Source: Mycoplasmatales bacterium (GTDB taxonomy: Bacteria; Bacillota_I; Bacilli_A; Mycoplasmatales; JABABV01). From it: a stretch of 64,000 bases of DNA. Shown in pieces: positions 32,900 through 42,854 of this stretch. How positions within the stretch are numbered: position 1 is the stretch's first letter; every line of letters begins with the position of its first letter. Below the pieces are notes generated by a model. That model saw only the letters and a list, made by a program, of their open reading frames with translations. It was not told the origin of the DNA and made no database searches. The DNA lies in NCBI GenBank assembly GCA_965222755.1, contig CBDCUK010000002.1, positions 3,542-67,541 of the forward strand, given 5' to 3'. Both the position numbers and the translations under genes were made by a program.

Positions 32900-34150
32900 A
32901 TGAAAACAATGGATATAATTATAATATTAATATTTAGTTTGTGCGGGTTCACAATTATTACTGCTGCCGCAGCGGCAGCAGAAACAGCATATACATCAAT
33001 TAATTTTATTAAGTTAAAGACAATCTCTATAGGTGATAGTTATCGTGCTAAACGAGCCCGAAAAGTGATAACTCTATATAAGGGCTTCAATTCAACATTA
33101 GCAACAATTTTAATTATTAATAATGTAGTTAATATTTCAGCAAGTGCATTAGTTACTTTTTGTTTAGGTGAATTAATTGCGGATAAAGGAATCGCTGCAG
33201 TTATTGCTGTTGTCGTGACTGCCCCAACAATTATTTTGCTAGGAGAAATTATTCCCAAAATGGCCGCTAAAAAATACTCAATTTCTTATTCAATTTTAAT
33301 TGTCGATATTTTAATAATTTTAAATTTCTTATTTTATCCAATTACTTATTTTATTAAAAAAATGAATTATCAAAATGTCCCAACAGCTACTGAATCAGAG
33401 ATTATTAGTTTAATCAACATAGCTGAAAAAGAAGGTGTTTTAGAACGCGAAGAATCATTATTGACTGCTAATTCATTACGTTTTGATTCTTTTGATTTGT
33501 CAGTTGTTATGACAGATATCAAAGATATGATCAGTGTTGATTACAGAAGTACTTTCAAAGAAGTCATTAAAATATTCAAAAAATATGGTTATACTAGATT
33601 ACCTGTTAAAAACGAAAAAAATAATTTTAAAAAGATTATTAATTATAAATTAGTGCTTTCAAATATTAATAAAAGCACTAATCAAACAGTTAAAAATTAT
33701 AGTTATAATATTATTACATTAAATAAATCAATGAAATTAAATAAAGCCCTACAAGAACTCCAAAGAGAAAAACAACATTTTGCATTAGTTAAGCATAATC
33801 GCAAAGTTATTGGTTTTGTTACTCTAGAAGACATTATTGAAATTTTAGTTGGTAAAATTTATGATGAAAATGATAAAACTGGTAATGTACGTGAAGTTGG
33901 AAATAATAAATTTTTAGCTTTAGGTAGTGCTAATATTAAAACTTTATTTAAAAATCATTTAAAAAATGACAAATTATTAAAAGGAATTACCACATCTATT
34001 AGTTTAACTAATTGATTCAAAACAGAATTCAATATTAAAAAACCTAAAAAAGGTATGTCACAAATTTGGGAAAACTATAAATTTCAAGTTAATAAAGTTT
34101 CGCGTAATAAAATTGTGTTTATTATTGAAGAATTATCTGATAAAAAATAA
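32900..34150 (+). CDS. CNNM/CorC (TlyC 'hemolysin C'-like) family membrane protein: DUF21 TM domain plus CBS pair
   Basis: The N-terminal sequence AAAETAYTSIN...NSTLATILIINNVVNI fits DUF21, followed by a CBS-pair region (MTDIKDMISVD...GYTRLPV...GFVTLEDIIE). The CDS extends past TGA to TAA at 34148-34150. An alternative start lies at ATG 32909. Confidence 0.85.
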
Positions 34151-34169
34151 ATTATAAAAGGAGAATTTA

Positions 34170-35489
34170 ATGAACTTATTAGCAAAAAATAAAAAAAAAT
34201 TAATAATCTTATTTATTATTTATTTTTTAGCAATGTATGGGTACAATATGGCCCATGTAATTACACCAACTTTTATTAGTGAATATTATACTAAAAATAG
34301 TATTAATACTGGTGATTTATACGCAATTATGTCAATTGGATCAACTATTAGTATGCCAATATGAGGTAATTTAGTTGACCGAATTGGCCGGAAAAAAGTC
34401 TTAATAGTAACAGTATTTTTCTATGGTTTCTTCCAAATTGGATTTGGATTATCAAAAGGAAATCTAACTTCATTAGTGATTTGTCGTTTAATGGCAGGAT
34501 TAATTGGAGGACAAGCATTTCGAGTTGCAGCTCGTAGTTATGTTACTGATATTACTGATGTTAAAGGAAGAACCCAAGCATTAGCTAATTTAGTTGTTTT
34601 TGATAGTTTATCAATGGCTGTAGCTTATTTATCAATGGGTTATGCCGATCATTTAATTGGAATTAGTCATTTTATTAGTGGTTATCATGAATGATTAATA
34701 TTAATTATTCAGGGAGTTTTCTGTTTCTTTTTAACAGTTGGAATTGTATTTTTCATCAAAGAAAACCAATGAATTAGTGATCAAAAACATAATCGATCAC
34801 TTAATGTTTTCAAAAATATTGCCCAAGATTTTAAAAACGTTCGTCATTCTGGTTTGATCATCCTACTCTTATTAACCTTACCAGCCGCAATAACGAGAAC
34901 TAGCAGTAAAATGATGGATGTGTATTTAACAACCCCATATGGATTAAATAAAACACCATTATTTTTAGGGATGATTTACACTGGAATTGGGATCAGTTCA
35001 TCAATATTTGTTTTTATTTTGTTTCCAAAAATTAAAAAATATCTTAGCAATAACAAATGATTATTGCTTTTAGGAAGTTTATCTGGGCTGTTGTTAGCGA
35101 TTGGATGAACAGCACCTCATATTTTTAAACATTTACATTTTTTCCCATTTATATATATATTCCAATCATTATTTGATATGTGCAACCAAGTCTTTTTAGC
35201 ATTAATAATTTCCTACATTTCAAAAATGTTTTCTAAAAATTATGGTTCAGTCATGGGTCTAACAAATATTGCTTTTACATTTGCATCAGTAATAGGACCA
35301 ATAACTTTAAACCAATTACTATTTATCAAATCATTTAATACTTATATTTTTGATATCGTTGCAGTATGTAGTATATTTAGTGCTGTTGCTATTTATTTTT
35401 ATATTAATTACTTAGATAAAAAACATTTAATTAATAAAGAAAATGAGACTACTAAAGAATTAATTACAAATATTTCAGATATTACTTAG
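34170..35489 (+). CDS. MFS transporter
   Basis: Four fragments lie in one frame. There are about 12 hydrophobic segments, and the MFS loop motif GNLVDRIGRKK is present. Confidence 0.8.
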
Positions 35490-35507
35490 TAAATAAAGGA
35501 GATTAAT

Positions 35508-36569
35508 ATGTCTAATACACCACCGAAAAAGAAAAAACCATTATATAAAGAAATTTCTAGTTTAGAACGCTATTTTGGATTTGCTTTTTTTCGTAATCAA
35601 ATGACGAAAAAAACATTAATTGGAAGATATATGTATGTCATTATCGCTGCCTTCTTATTAACATTTAGTTTTGATTATTTTATTTTCCCATCAGGGGCTT
35701 ATAATGGAGGGTTATCTGGTTTTTGTCAAATTTTTGTAAGACTAAAATATCCCACTAGTACGACTATGTCAGGAGCAGATTTAAAAAATAGTTTAATGTT
35801 TTATTGAATTTTATATTTTAGTTTAAATATACCTTTAATTATTTTTGGTTTTTTAAAAATCGGAAAACAATTTACGATTTTATCAATTTCACTAATTGTT
35901 TTTCAAAATATTTTTCATTATGTTTTAATCGCCATTCCTGAAGTTTCTCATTTTGTTTTTATGAATAATGTTCATACTCAAGAAAGAATATTATGAGAAT
36001 TTCTAACAACTTTAGCTGGGGGAATTATTTATGGTATTGGGATTGCATTTGCCTTTTTAGCCGGGGGTTCAAGTGGTGGTAGTGATTTTTTAACTACTTA
36101 TTTCTCAATTAAAAAAGATAAACCAATCGGCTATATTATGAAATTCGTTAACTTAGGAATTTTATTTTTAGCAGTTTTATTAGATCATGTTATTCGTGCT
36201 CACGAAAATTTCTTCTTCGTAATTTTTCAAGAACGTTTCGTATTAATGTCAATGTTTCTAATCATTGCAGTAACTCTAACTGTTGATCAGTTATATCCAC
36301 GATATAAAAAATTGAGTTTAAGTATTACAAGTAAAAAAGCAGATTTAATTATTAGATCTTTAATTTTAAAAGGCTATCCTCATGGATTTGCCAACATTGA
36401 TATTTTAGGTGGATTTTCACAAAAAACGACTAATTTAGTGAAAACAACACTAACTTTAATGGAATATAAAGCAGTAATTGCTCACATTAAAAGAGTTGAT
36501 CCTAACTGTTTTATTGTTGTTGAAAAAGTTCATTCAGTGATTGGGCGTTACCGAATTCCCAAAAATTAA
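35508..36569 (+). CDS. YitT-family membrane protein (DUF161 TM region plus C-terminal DUF2179)
   Basis: The sequence FSFDYFIFPSGAYNGGLSG and the C-terminal soluble domain ...VVEKVHSVIGRYR are present. Two fragments share a frame. Confidence 0.8.
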
Positions 36570-36572
36570 AAT

Positions 36573-36606
36573 AAAAAAGATAAGTTGATAGTAACTTATC
36601 TTTTTT
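36573..36606. terminator. Bidirectional intrinsic terminator (YitT / trpS convergent)
   Basis: AAAAAAGATAAGTT pairs with AACTTATCTTTTTT around the 6-nt loop gatagt. Confidence 0.7.
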
Positions 36607-36617
36607 ATTTTAATTTT

Positions 36618-37616
36618 TTAGTATGTCAAACCAATAGCTTTTTTAACTTCTTGAAGTTTTGATTTGGCAATACTTTTAGCTTCTTTTGCACCTTGTTTTA
36701 AGATTTCGTTTAATTGAGCACTACTAATTACTTCTTGATATTTAGTTTGAAGATTAGTTAAGAATTTTTGAACCATATTAGCTAAATCGGTTTTAAATTC
36801 TCGGTATCCTAAATCTTGATATTTTATAGTAATGTCATCTAAACTAATATTTCCAAGGCCACTCATAATAGTCATTAAATTAGCAACTCCTGGTTTATTG
36901 TCTTTATCATAATAAACTTTATTTTCAGCATCTGTTAGAGCTTGTTTAATTTTAATAGCTGCCGCTTCAGGTTGATCTAATAAGAAAATAACATTTTTTT
37001 TATTAATGTCTGATTTTGACATTTTTTTACTAGGATCTTTTAAAGCCATAATTTTAGCACCAATTTTGGGAGCAACAAATTTTGGGATTTTAAAAATCAT
37101 ACCATATTTATTATTGAATCTTTGTGCGACATTACGCGCTAATTCAACATGTTGTTTTTGATCTTGACCAACAGGTACTAAATCAGGACTGTATAATAAA
37201 ATATCTGCTACCATCAAAGCAGGATAAGTTAAAATTCCTGTTGGAATAAAACTAGTATTATTATTTTGTTTTTGTTTTTGTGACTTATCTTTATACTGAG
37301 TCATTCTTGAAAGTTCACCAATTGTAGTTGAACATAAAATAATGTGGGCTAAATTAGCGTGTTCGCTAATATCTGATTGTACAAAAATTGAAGTTCTTTT
37401 GGGATTGAGACCACAAGCAACGTATAAAGCGGCAATATTTCTAATGTTAGAACTTAATACGCTGGCTTCGATTGGGACTGTAATACCGTGTAAATCAGCA
37501 ATAAAAACATACATTTTATATTGTTCTTGGTAATCGATAAATTGTTTAATAGCTCCTAGGTAATTTCCAATTGTTAAATTACCAGTCGCTGTAATTCCAG
37601 ATAACATTTTTTTCAT
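36618..37616 (-). CDS. trpS: Tryptophan--tRNA ligase
   Basis: The ORF is intact in the track. The motifs TGNLTIGNYLG (HIGH-type), KMSKS and VPVGQDQKQH are present. Confidence 0.95.
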   Translation of the reverse strand: MKKMLSGITATGNLTIGNYLGAIKQFIDYQEQYKMYVFIADLHGITVPIEASVLSSNIRNIAALYVACGLNPKRTSIFVQSDISEHANLAHIILCSTTIGELSRMTQYKDKSQKQKQNNNTSFIPTGILTYPALMVADILLYSPDLVPVGQDQKQHVELARNVAQRFNNKYGMIFKIPKFVAPKIGAKIMALKDPSKKMSKSDINKKNVIFLLDQPEAAAIKIKQALTDAENKVYYDKDNKPGVANLMTIMSGLGNISLDDITIKYQDLGYREFKTDLANMVQKFLTNLQTKYQEVISSAQLNEILKQGAKEAKSIAKSKLQEVKKAIGLTY

Positions 37617-37653
37617 TTTTAAAACTCCTAATTAATTTTTATTTATTTAAAAC

Positions 37654-37682
37654 TTGTGATTTAAGATAATATTTATTATAAT
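37654..37682 (+). promoter_or_regulatory. Sigma-A type promoter of spx
   Basis: TTGTGA (37654-37659), a 17-nt spacer and TATAAT (37677-37682). The predicted 5' UTR of about 40 nt contains an A9 run. Confidence 0.55.
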
Positions 37683-37729
37683 ATTTTTTACTATAAAAAA
37701 AAACACTTTTTAAAATAAAGGAGAAATTT

Positions 37730-38212
37730 ATGATTGTAATATACACAACGCCATCTTGCGGTTCTTGTAGAAAAGCTAAAAAATGATTAGAACATTACAA
37801 TATTCCATATATTGAAAAAAATATTTTTATTAGTACGTTACACGAAAAAGAATTAAAAAATATTTTAAAATTAACAGATAACGGTTTTGCCGATATCATT
37901 TCTACCCGTTCTAAAGTTTTCAACTCAACTCAATTAGATATTAATAGTATGAAAATTTCTGAAATTATTAGTTTTATTAAAAAATATCCAAGTGTTCTTA
38001 AACGACCAATTATCGTTGACAACGCAAAAGATAATTTACAAATAGGATATAATAGTGATGATATTAGAATTTTCTTACCAAAATCTCTGCGTCGTTGATC
38101 TTATGATTGTGATAGTTGTCCAATGAAATCAAATGAGTGTAAAGCTTGTGAAAGTGATTTTGCCGATGCTAAAAAATCTTTAGAAAAAGATCGTCAAATA
38201 TGTTTAAATTAA
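37730..38212 (+). CDS. spx: Spx/ArsC-family redox-sensing regulator with an extra Cys-rich C-terminal tail
   Basis: The translation [33 protein letters not shown]...IISTRSKVF...LKRPIIVD...GYNSDDIRIFLPK is collinear with Bacillus Spx (CxxC at residues 10-13). A tail YDCDSCPMKSNECKACES follows. The gene is not in the track. Confidence 0.85.
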
Positions 38213-38228
38213 AATAGGGGGTAATATT

Positions 38229-39035
38229 ATGAAGTATTTAATTTATAATAACAATTATCCACAATCAGTAAAATTAGTAAAGCAGTTAGAAATTTTTTTA
38301 ACAAAAAAAAACTTTACTAAAGTGAGTGAAAAACCAGACATTATTATATCTGTTGGTGGGGACGGCACTTTTTTAAGAGCTGTTAACAAATATTTTGACA
38401 CTAATAAAGAAGTTATTTTTATCCCTGTCAATAGCGGGAGCATTGGTTTTTTTAGTTATTGTGATTTAACGAACTGAGAAAAGAAATTAACAACTTTAAT
38501 TAATCTTAATTTTTCACAAAGTTTTATCCAACAACCTCTTTTAACTATTAAACATAATCAGAAAAGATTTTTTGCAGTTAACGAAATAAGAATTATTAAT
38601 CACAGTTATACAATTGCTGGGGATATTTTTATTAACAATAAATTATTTGAATTTTACCGTGGTAGTGGATTAGTATGATCTTCTGGAGTTGGTTCTACAG
38701 GTTATAGTAAAAGCATTGGTGGCTCAATTATCTTACTTGAAGCACAAATCTTTCAAATGTGTGAAATTGCGCCTATCTCCAATAACGAACATCGCTCTGT
38801 GGGAGCGCCGATAATTATGCCTTCTAATTACCAAGTTAAATTTCAACCTCGCAAAAAATTAATTAATACCCATTTAGTTATTGATGGAATTGATAGTCAA
38901 ATTACAATTAAGGAACCACTAACTATTTCTTATGGCGAAGAACATTTAAAAATCGTTAGTGATTTAAAAAATAATCAAATTAAATATCTGTCCAAAAAAT
39001 TAATAACAAATAAATATGAAAATGGAGCATATTAA
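38229..39035 (+). CDS. nadK: NAD kinase
   Basis: The GGDGTFLRA motif is present, and later SSGVGSTGYSKSIGG. Two fragments share a frame. Confidence 0.9.
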
Positions 39036-39037
39036 AA

Positions 39038-39484
39038 ATGAACAATATAATTAACTTAGTTTTAAATAGTTCGCTATCAGGATATGAAATATCAGCTGTG
39101 GCATTAATGGTAGTGACAACAATATCTGTGCCATTATTATGATGATATGGAATGGGAAGCGCTTTAAGAATTCGTAAAAATACTAATAATGATGTTTTAT
39201 TAAAATTACCTTTTAAATTTGAAAGTTTTGTCAAAATTATTGGTGGCAATAAAAATGTTTTAAAAGCAAAAGCAGAAACTAGCAAAGTCAAAATTTGAGT
39301 CAATGATATTTCTGATATTGATTTTGATTTATTAAAATCATTAAAATCAGTTACTGGAACTTTTAAAATGAGTGATTCTGTTACTGTTATTATTGGTAGA
39401 ACAGCTGACACTTTAGCTTTTAGATTAAATGAAATTAACAATAACGAAGAAGAAGAAGAAGTGAAAGAAATAAAAAAAAGTTAA
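39038..39484 (+). CDS. Membrane-anchored protein with a PTS-EIIB(Glc)-like domain lacking the catalytic Cys
   Basis: The N-terminal TM segment is ISAVALMVVTTISVPLLWWY. The stretch FVKIIGGNKNVLKAKAETSKVKIWVNDISDIDFDLLKSL..VTG follows the EIIB pattern (LGG.eNI...hCaTRLRl.vkD). An acidic tail follows. The 153-aa antisense track ORF is rejected. Confidence 0.6.
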
Positions 39485-39505
39485 CTTAAAAGTTAACTTT
39501 TTTTT
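39472..39505. terminator. Bidirectional intrinsic terminator
   Basis: AAAAAAAAGTTAACT pairs with AGTTAACTTTTTTTT. It lies between the EIIB-like gene (+) and the HAD gene (-). Confidence 0.7.
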
Positions 39506-40466
39506 ATTTGTTAATATTTTCAATTTCAATACTATGATTTTCAATAAAGCGTAAAGCATATTTACCAACACCAGAATTATTATTGTCGTGTTTAGTAATA
39601 TAATTAGCAACCGCTTTAATTTCGTTAACAGCATTTTTCATAGCGACACCATGCTCAGCAATAGTAATTAATTCAATATCATTAAAATCATTTCCAAACG
39701 TTAAAGTATGGTTTAAAGAAACGTTATAATGGATGGCAATTTCTTTTAATGCTGTTCCTTTATCAGCGCCAATTGAAGACATATCAATAAAGAAACTTCC
39801 ATCTGATACTGGTCATAATCTAATGTAAAGAGCATTACTATATTTGGCAATTAAGATTTGGCGAATTCTAATCGCAGCTTTATAATCAATGACTTGAATA
39901 ATTAAAATTAAAGGATCAATGATTAAATGTTTTAATAAATCACCCTCATAAATACTTGTTAAATTAGTGAAAAAGAAGAATTTTTCAACCATTTCATCTC
40001 TTTTTTGCATCACAACAGCACGATTATCCTCCATAACAATATTGATAATATCTTGATCATTACGATAAGATTCTAAAATATCTTTAACGATATCACGAGA
40101 TATAACACGAACTAATGGTTCAAATGCCAAATCATTAGGACTATGAATGAAACCACCATTATAATTAGCAACCATTGAGTTTTTAATGCCTAATTGGTTA
40201 TAAATTGGTAAAGTCCCTCTTCAAGGGCGCCCAGTAATAATGGCAATATAATGGCCAGCATTAATTAAATGGTTTAAAACTTGCACATCATATTTAGAAA
40301 TAATTCCCTTGTCATTTAATAAAGTACCATCTAAATCAATTCCAATTAATCATGGTGTTGTAGTTCTATTGATTACTAATTTATGATCTTTTGTTTCTTT
40401 GATGAAATTTTCAGATTTTAACAATTCTATTTTCTTTTTAATAATATTTTTTTTCTTATTAGTCAT
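39504..40466 (-). CDS. Cof-type HAD-IIB family phosphatase
   Basis: The motifs IGIDLDGTLL (DxDGT), ITGRP and FGNDFNDIE are present. The fragments 39504 and 39813 share a frame, and the start is ATG 40466. Confidence 0.85.
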
Positions 40467-40514
40467 AATTTACAAAACCCTTCTTTTGTTAATATCAATT
40501 TAATAAAATTATAC

Positions 40515-40544
40515 AAAAAAAACTACCTTAATAGTAGTTTTTTT
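40515..40544 (-). terminator. Intrinsic terminator downstream of rpmB
   Basis: AACTAC (40521-40526) pairs with GTAGTT (40534-40539). An A-run and a T-run flank the stem. Confidence 0.6.
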
Positions 40545-40562
40545 AAATAGATTTAAATAGAT

Positions 40563-40760
40563 TTAAACAATTTTACCTTGTTTTTTTAATGTTTTCATTG
40601 TTCTTGCACTAACTTTTAAAGTTTGTGGTTGACCTTTTTCATCTAAAACTTTAACTTTTTGTAAGTTTAAGTTTCATTTACGACGAGTAGAGTTAAGTGC
40701 ATGTGATCGGCGATTTCCACTTAAAGCGCCTTTTTTAGTAATATCGTCTTTACGTGCCAT
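40563..40760 (-). CDS. rpmB: 50S ribosomal protein L28
   Basis: The translation is [65 protein letters not shown], with an AAGGAG RBS. The gene is not in the track. Confidence 0.93.
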
Positions 40761-41025
40761 TAGTAAAACTCCTTTGCAATATTCAATTATAAATTTATCT
40801 AATTATACAATGTCATAACACATTCTTTAAGATATATTATAATATACAAATTCCTGTGTATTAACGTTTCTATATAATAACATAATATTAATAATTTTCA
40901 TAAATTTTTATTTATTTAAGTAAAATAACTCCTTTTATTTCTTTTTAGTTTATAATAACCTTATTAATAAATTTATAAATTAATTTTTATAACTTTTCAA
41001 AATTTTAAGAAATGATTGGTATGAT

Positions 41026-42651
41026 ATGAATAAATCAGTAGCACAACAAAGATATTTGTTCACAGAAGCAAATATGATGAGAACAATTTTAACAATTTCA
41101 ATCCCAGCAGTTTTGGGAATGGTTGTTTTAGGGCTTTATAATTTTTCGGACAGATTATTAGCTGCCCATTTAGTTAAAGATCCGACATCAACATTAAAAG
41201 CAATGGCGCTAGCTAGTCCAGTATTTTTATTAATGAATGCTATCGGAGCACTTTTTTCTTTAGGTGGAGCTACCCGTTTTGGGGTCGCAATTGGTGCTAA
41301 AAAACCTGGATTAGCACGTAAAATTGCTGGAAATACGATGGCGATTAGCCTTTTAATTGGAATCGCAATGACAATTTTTATGTGATATTTTCAAGCAACT
41401 TTTATCAAATGACAAAGTAGCGGTTCTTTAAGTAGTGAAACCATGGCAAAAGCAACTGCTTATAATCGTTATATTATAATCGGATTTGTGCCTTTATTAT
41501 TTTCTTGAATTTTTTCAGGATTTTTAAGACAAGAGGGTCATTCTGTTTCAGCAGCAGTTATTAGTTTTGCCCCAGCGTTTTTAAATGTTTTATTAGATTA
41601 TGTATTTATGGGTCCTTTAAAAATGGGTCTTAAAGGAGCAGCAATCGCAACTTCTGTTGACCAAACTTTTCAAGCGTTTTTAGGATTTGCTTTGGTGATT
41701 TTCTTTTTCAAAGATTCATTACTAAGAGTGAGATGACATCATTTTCGATTTAATTTTCGTATATTATGATTAATCTTTATTATTGGATTAACACCTTTTG
41801 CCCGTTATTTTGGGTTAACTTTATCTAGAACGTTTACAAACATTTTTGTTAGTGATATGCATTTTTCAAACGGAGTTTCCGCCGGTCAATATTGAATTTA
41901 TATTTTGGGTGGGATCATGCCAATTATTTACTTATTGTTTCCCCCTGCTTTTGGATTTGCTCAAGGTGGTCGCGCCGTTATTTCTTATAATTATGGAGCG
42001 AAAAATTACAAACGGGTAATTCAAGCATTTTATTATACTTTAGTAATGATGATGATTTATTTATTTATTGTGACGCTTTTATTAGAAGTCTTTCCAAAAG
42101 AATTATTACGTATTTGAAAATTCCAAGATAATGGAGTTCAAATATTCAATAAAGGACAATTTTTAAACGCATTACACCATTTAGATATTAACTTATATAA
42201 TAAATATAAAAATATTGATAATAATCAAATTATCACTTGAAATGGTAATAGCCCATTAGCTGGTCTTCCAGGATCAGTCGTAGTGCATCCTCTAAAAGAT
42301 GGAGCATTAGGAGCTCGCGTTGGTTGAATTACTTTATTTAGTTTAGGAATGTATTATTCTGTTCTATCACTTTACCAAGGTTGTGGAATTGGAAAATGAG
42401 CATTTGGAATGAGTTTAGTAAGAGTCGTAATTAACGTGCCAATTACTTATGCCGGAGTTTTAGTTTCTGAAGCAGCAAACCATAATGTGGTCTATTATTG
42501 AATTTTCCAAGGTTTAGTAAGCAACTTATTAGTTTGCGCAGTTTCAGCATTTCTGGGTTATTATTTAATTAAGAACTTTAATAAGAATTTCAAACTCTTA
42601 AAAAGCGCTAATAAAGAAGAAAAAATCTTAGAACAAAAAACAGCTTTATAA
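41026..42651 (+). CDS. MATE-family efflux transporter
   Basis: The N-terminus ILTISIPAVLGMVVLGLYNFSDRLL is typical of MATE proteins. About 12 TM segments are apparent and there are many TGA-Trp codons. The CDS ends at TAA 42649-42651. Confidence 0.85.
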
Positions 42652-42741
42652 AAAATCGCAAAACAAAACTTTAAAATATTAAAATAGTAATTTTGTTTAG
42701 TTACCTTGAATATCTTGAAGTTTTGTTTTTTAATAGTCGTA

Positions 42742-42750
42742 TGGTATAAT
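42742..42750 (+). promoter_or_regulatory. Extended -10 promoter (TGGTATAAT) upstream of yloV
   Basis: TGnTATAAT lies at 42742-42750, about 105 nt upstream of the ATG. Confidence 0.45.
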
Positions 42751-42854
42751 AATAAAACGTATTTTTAAAACATTACTTATTTAATTTGTGTAAAAATATC
42801 TAAAATATCTATAAAATAAGAATGTTTTTTTAAAAAATAAACTTAGGAGTTATT

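Noticed and set aside
38980-39634. Minus-strand ORFs 38980-39441 (153 aa) and 39425-39634 (69 aa).
   Set aside because: They are antisense shadows of the nadK end, the EIIB-like gene and the HAD hydrolase gene. They have no RBS and a low-complexity hydrophobic translation.
40545-40564. Tandem direct repeat AAATAGATTT x2 next to the rpmB stop.
   Set aside because: There are only two 10-nt AT-rich copies, plausibly by chance or part of the terminator flank. No further copies were seen in the window.
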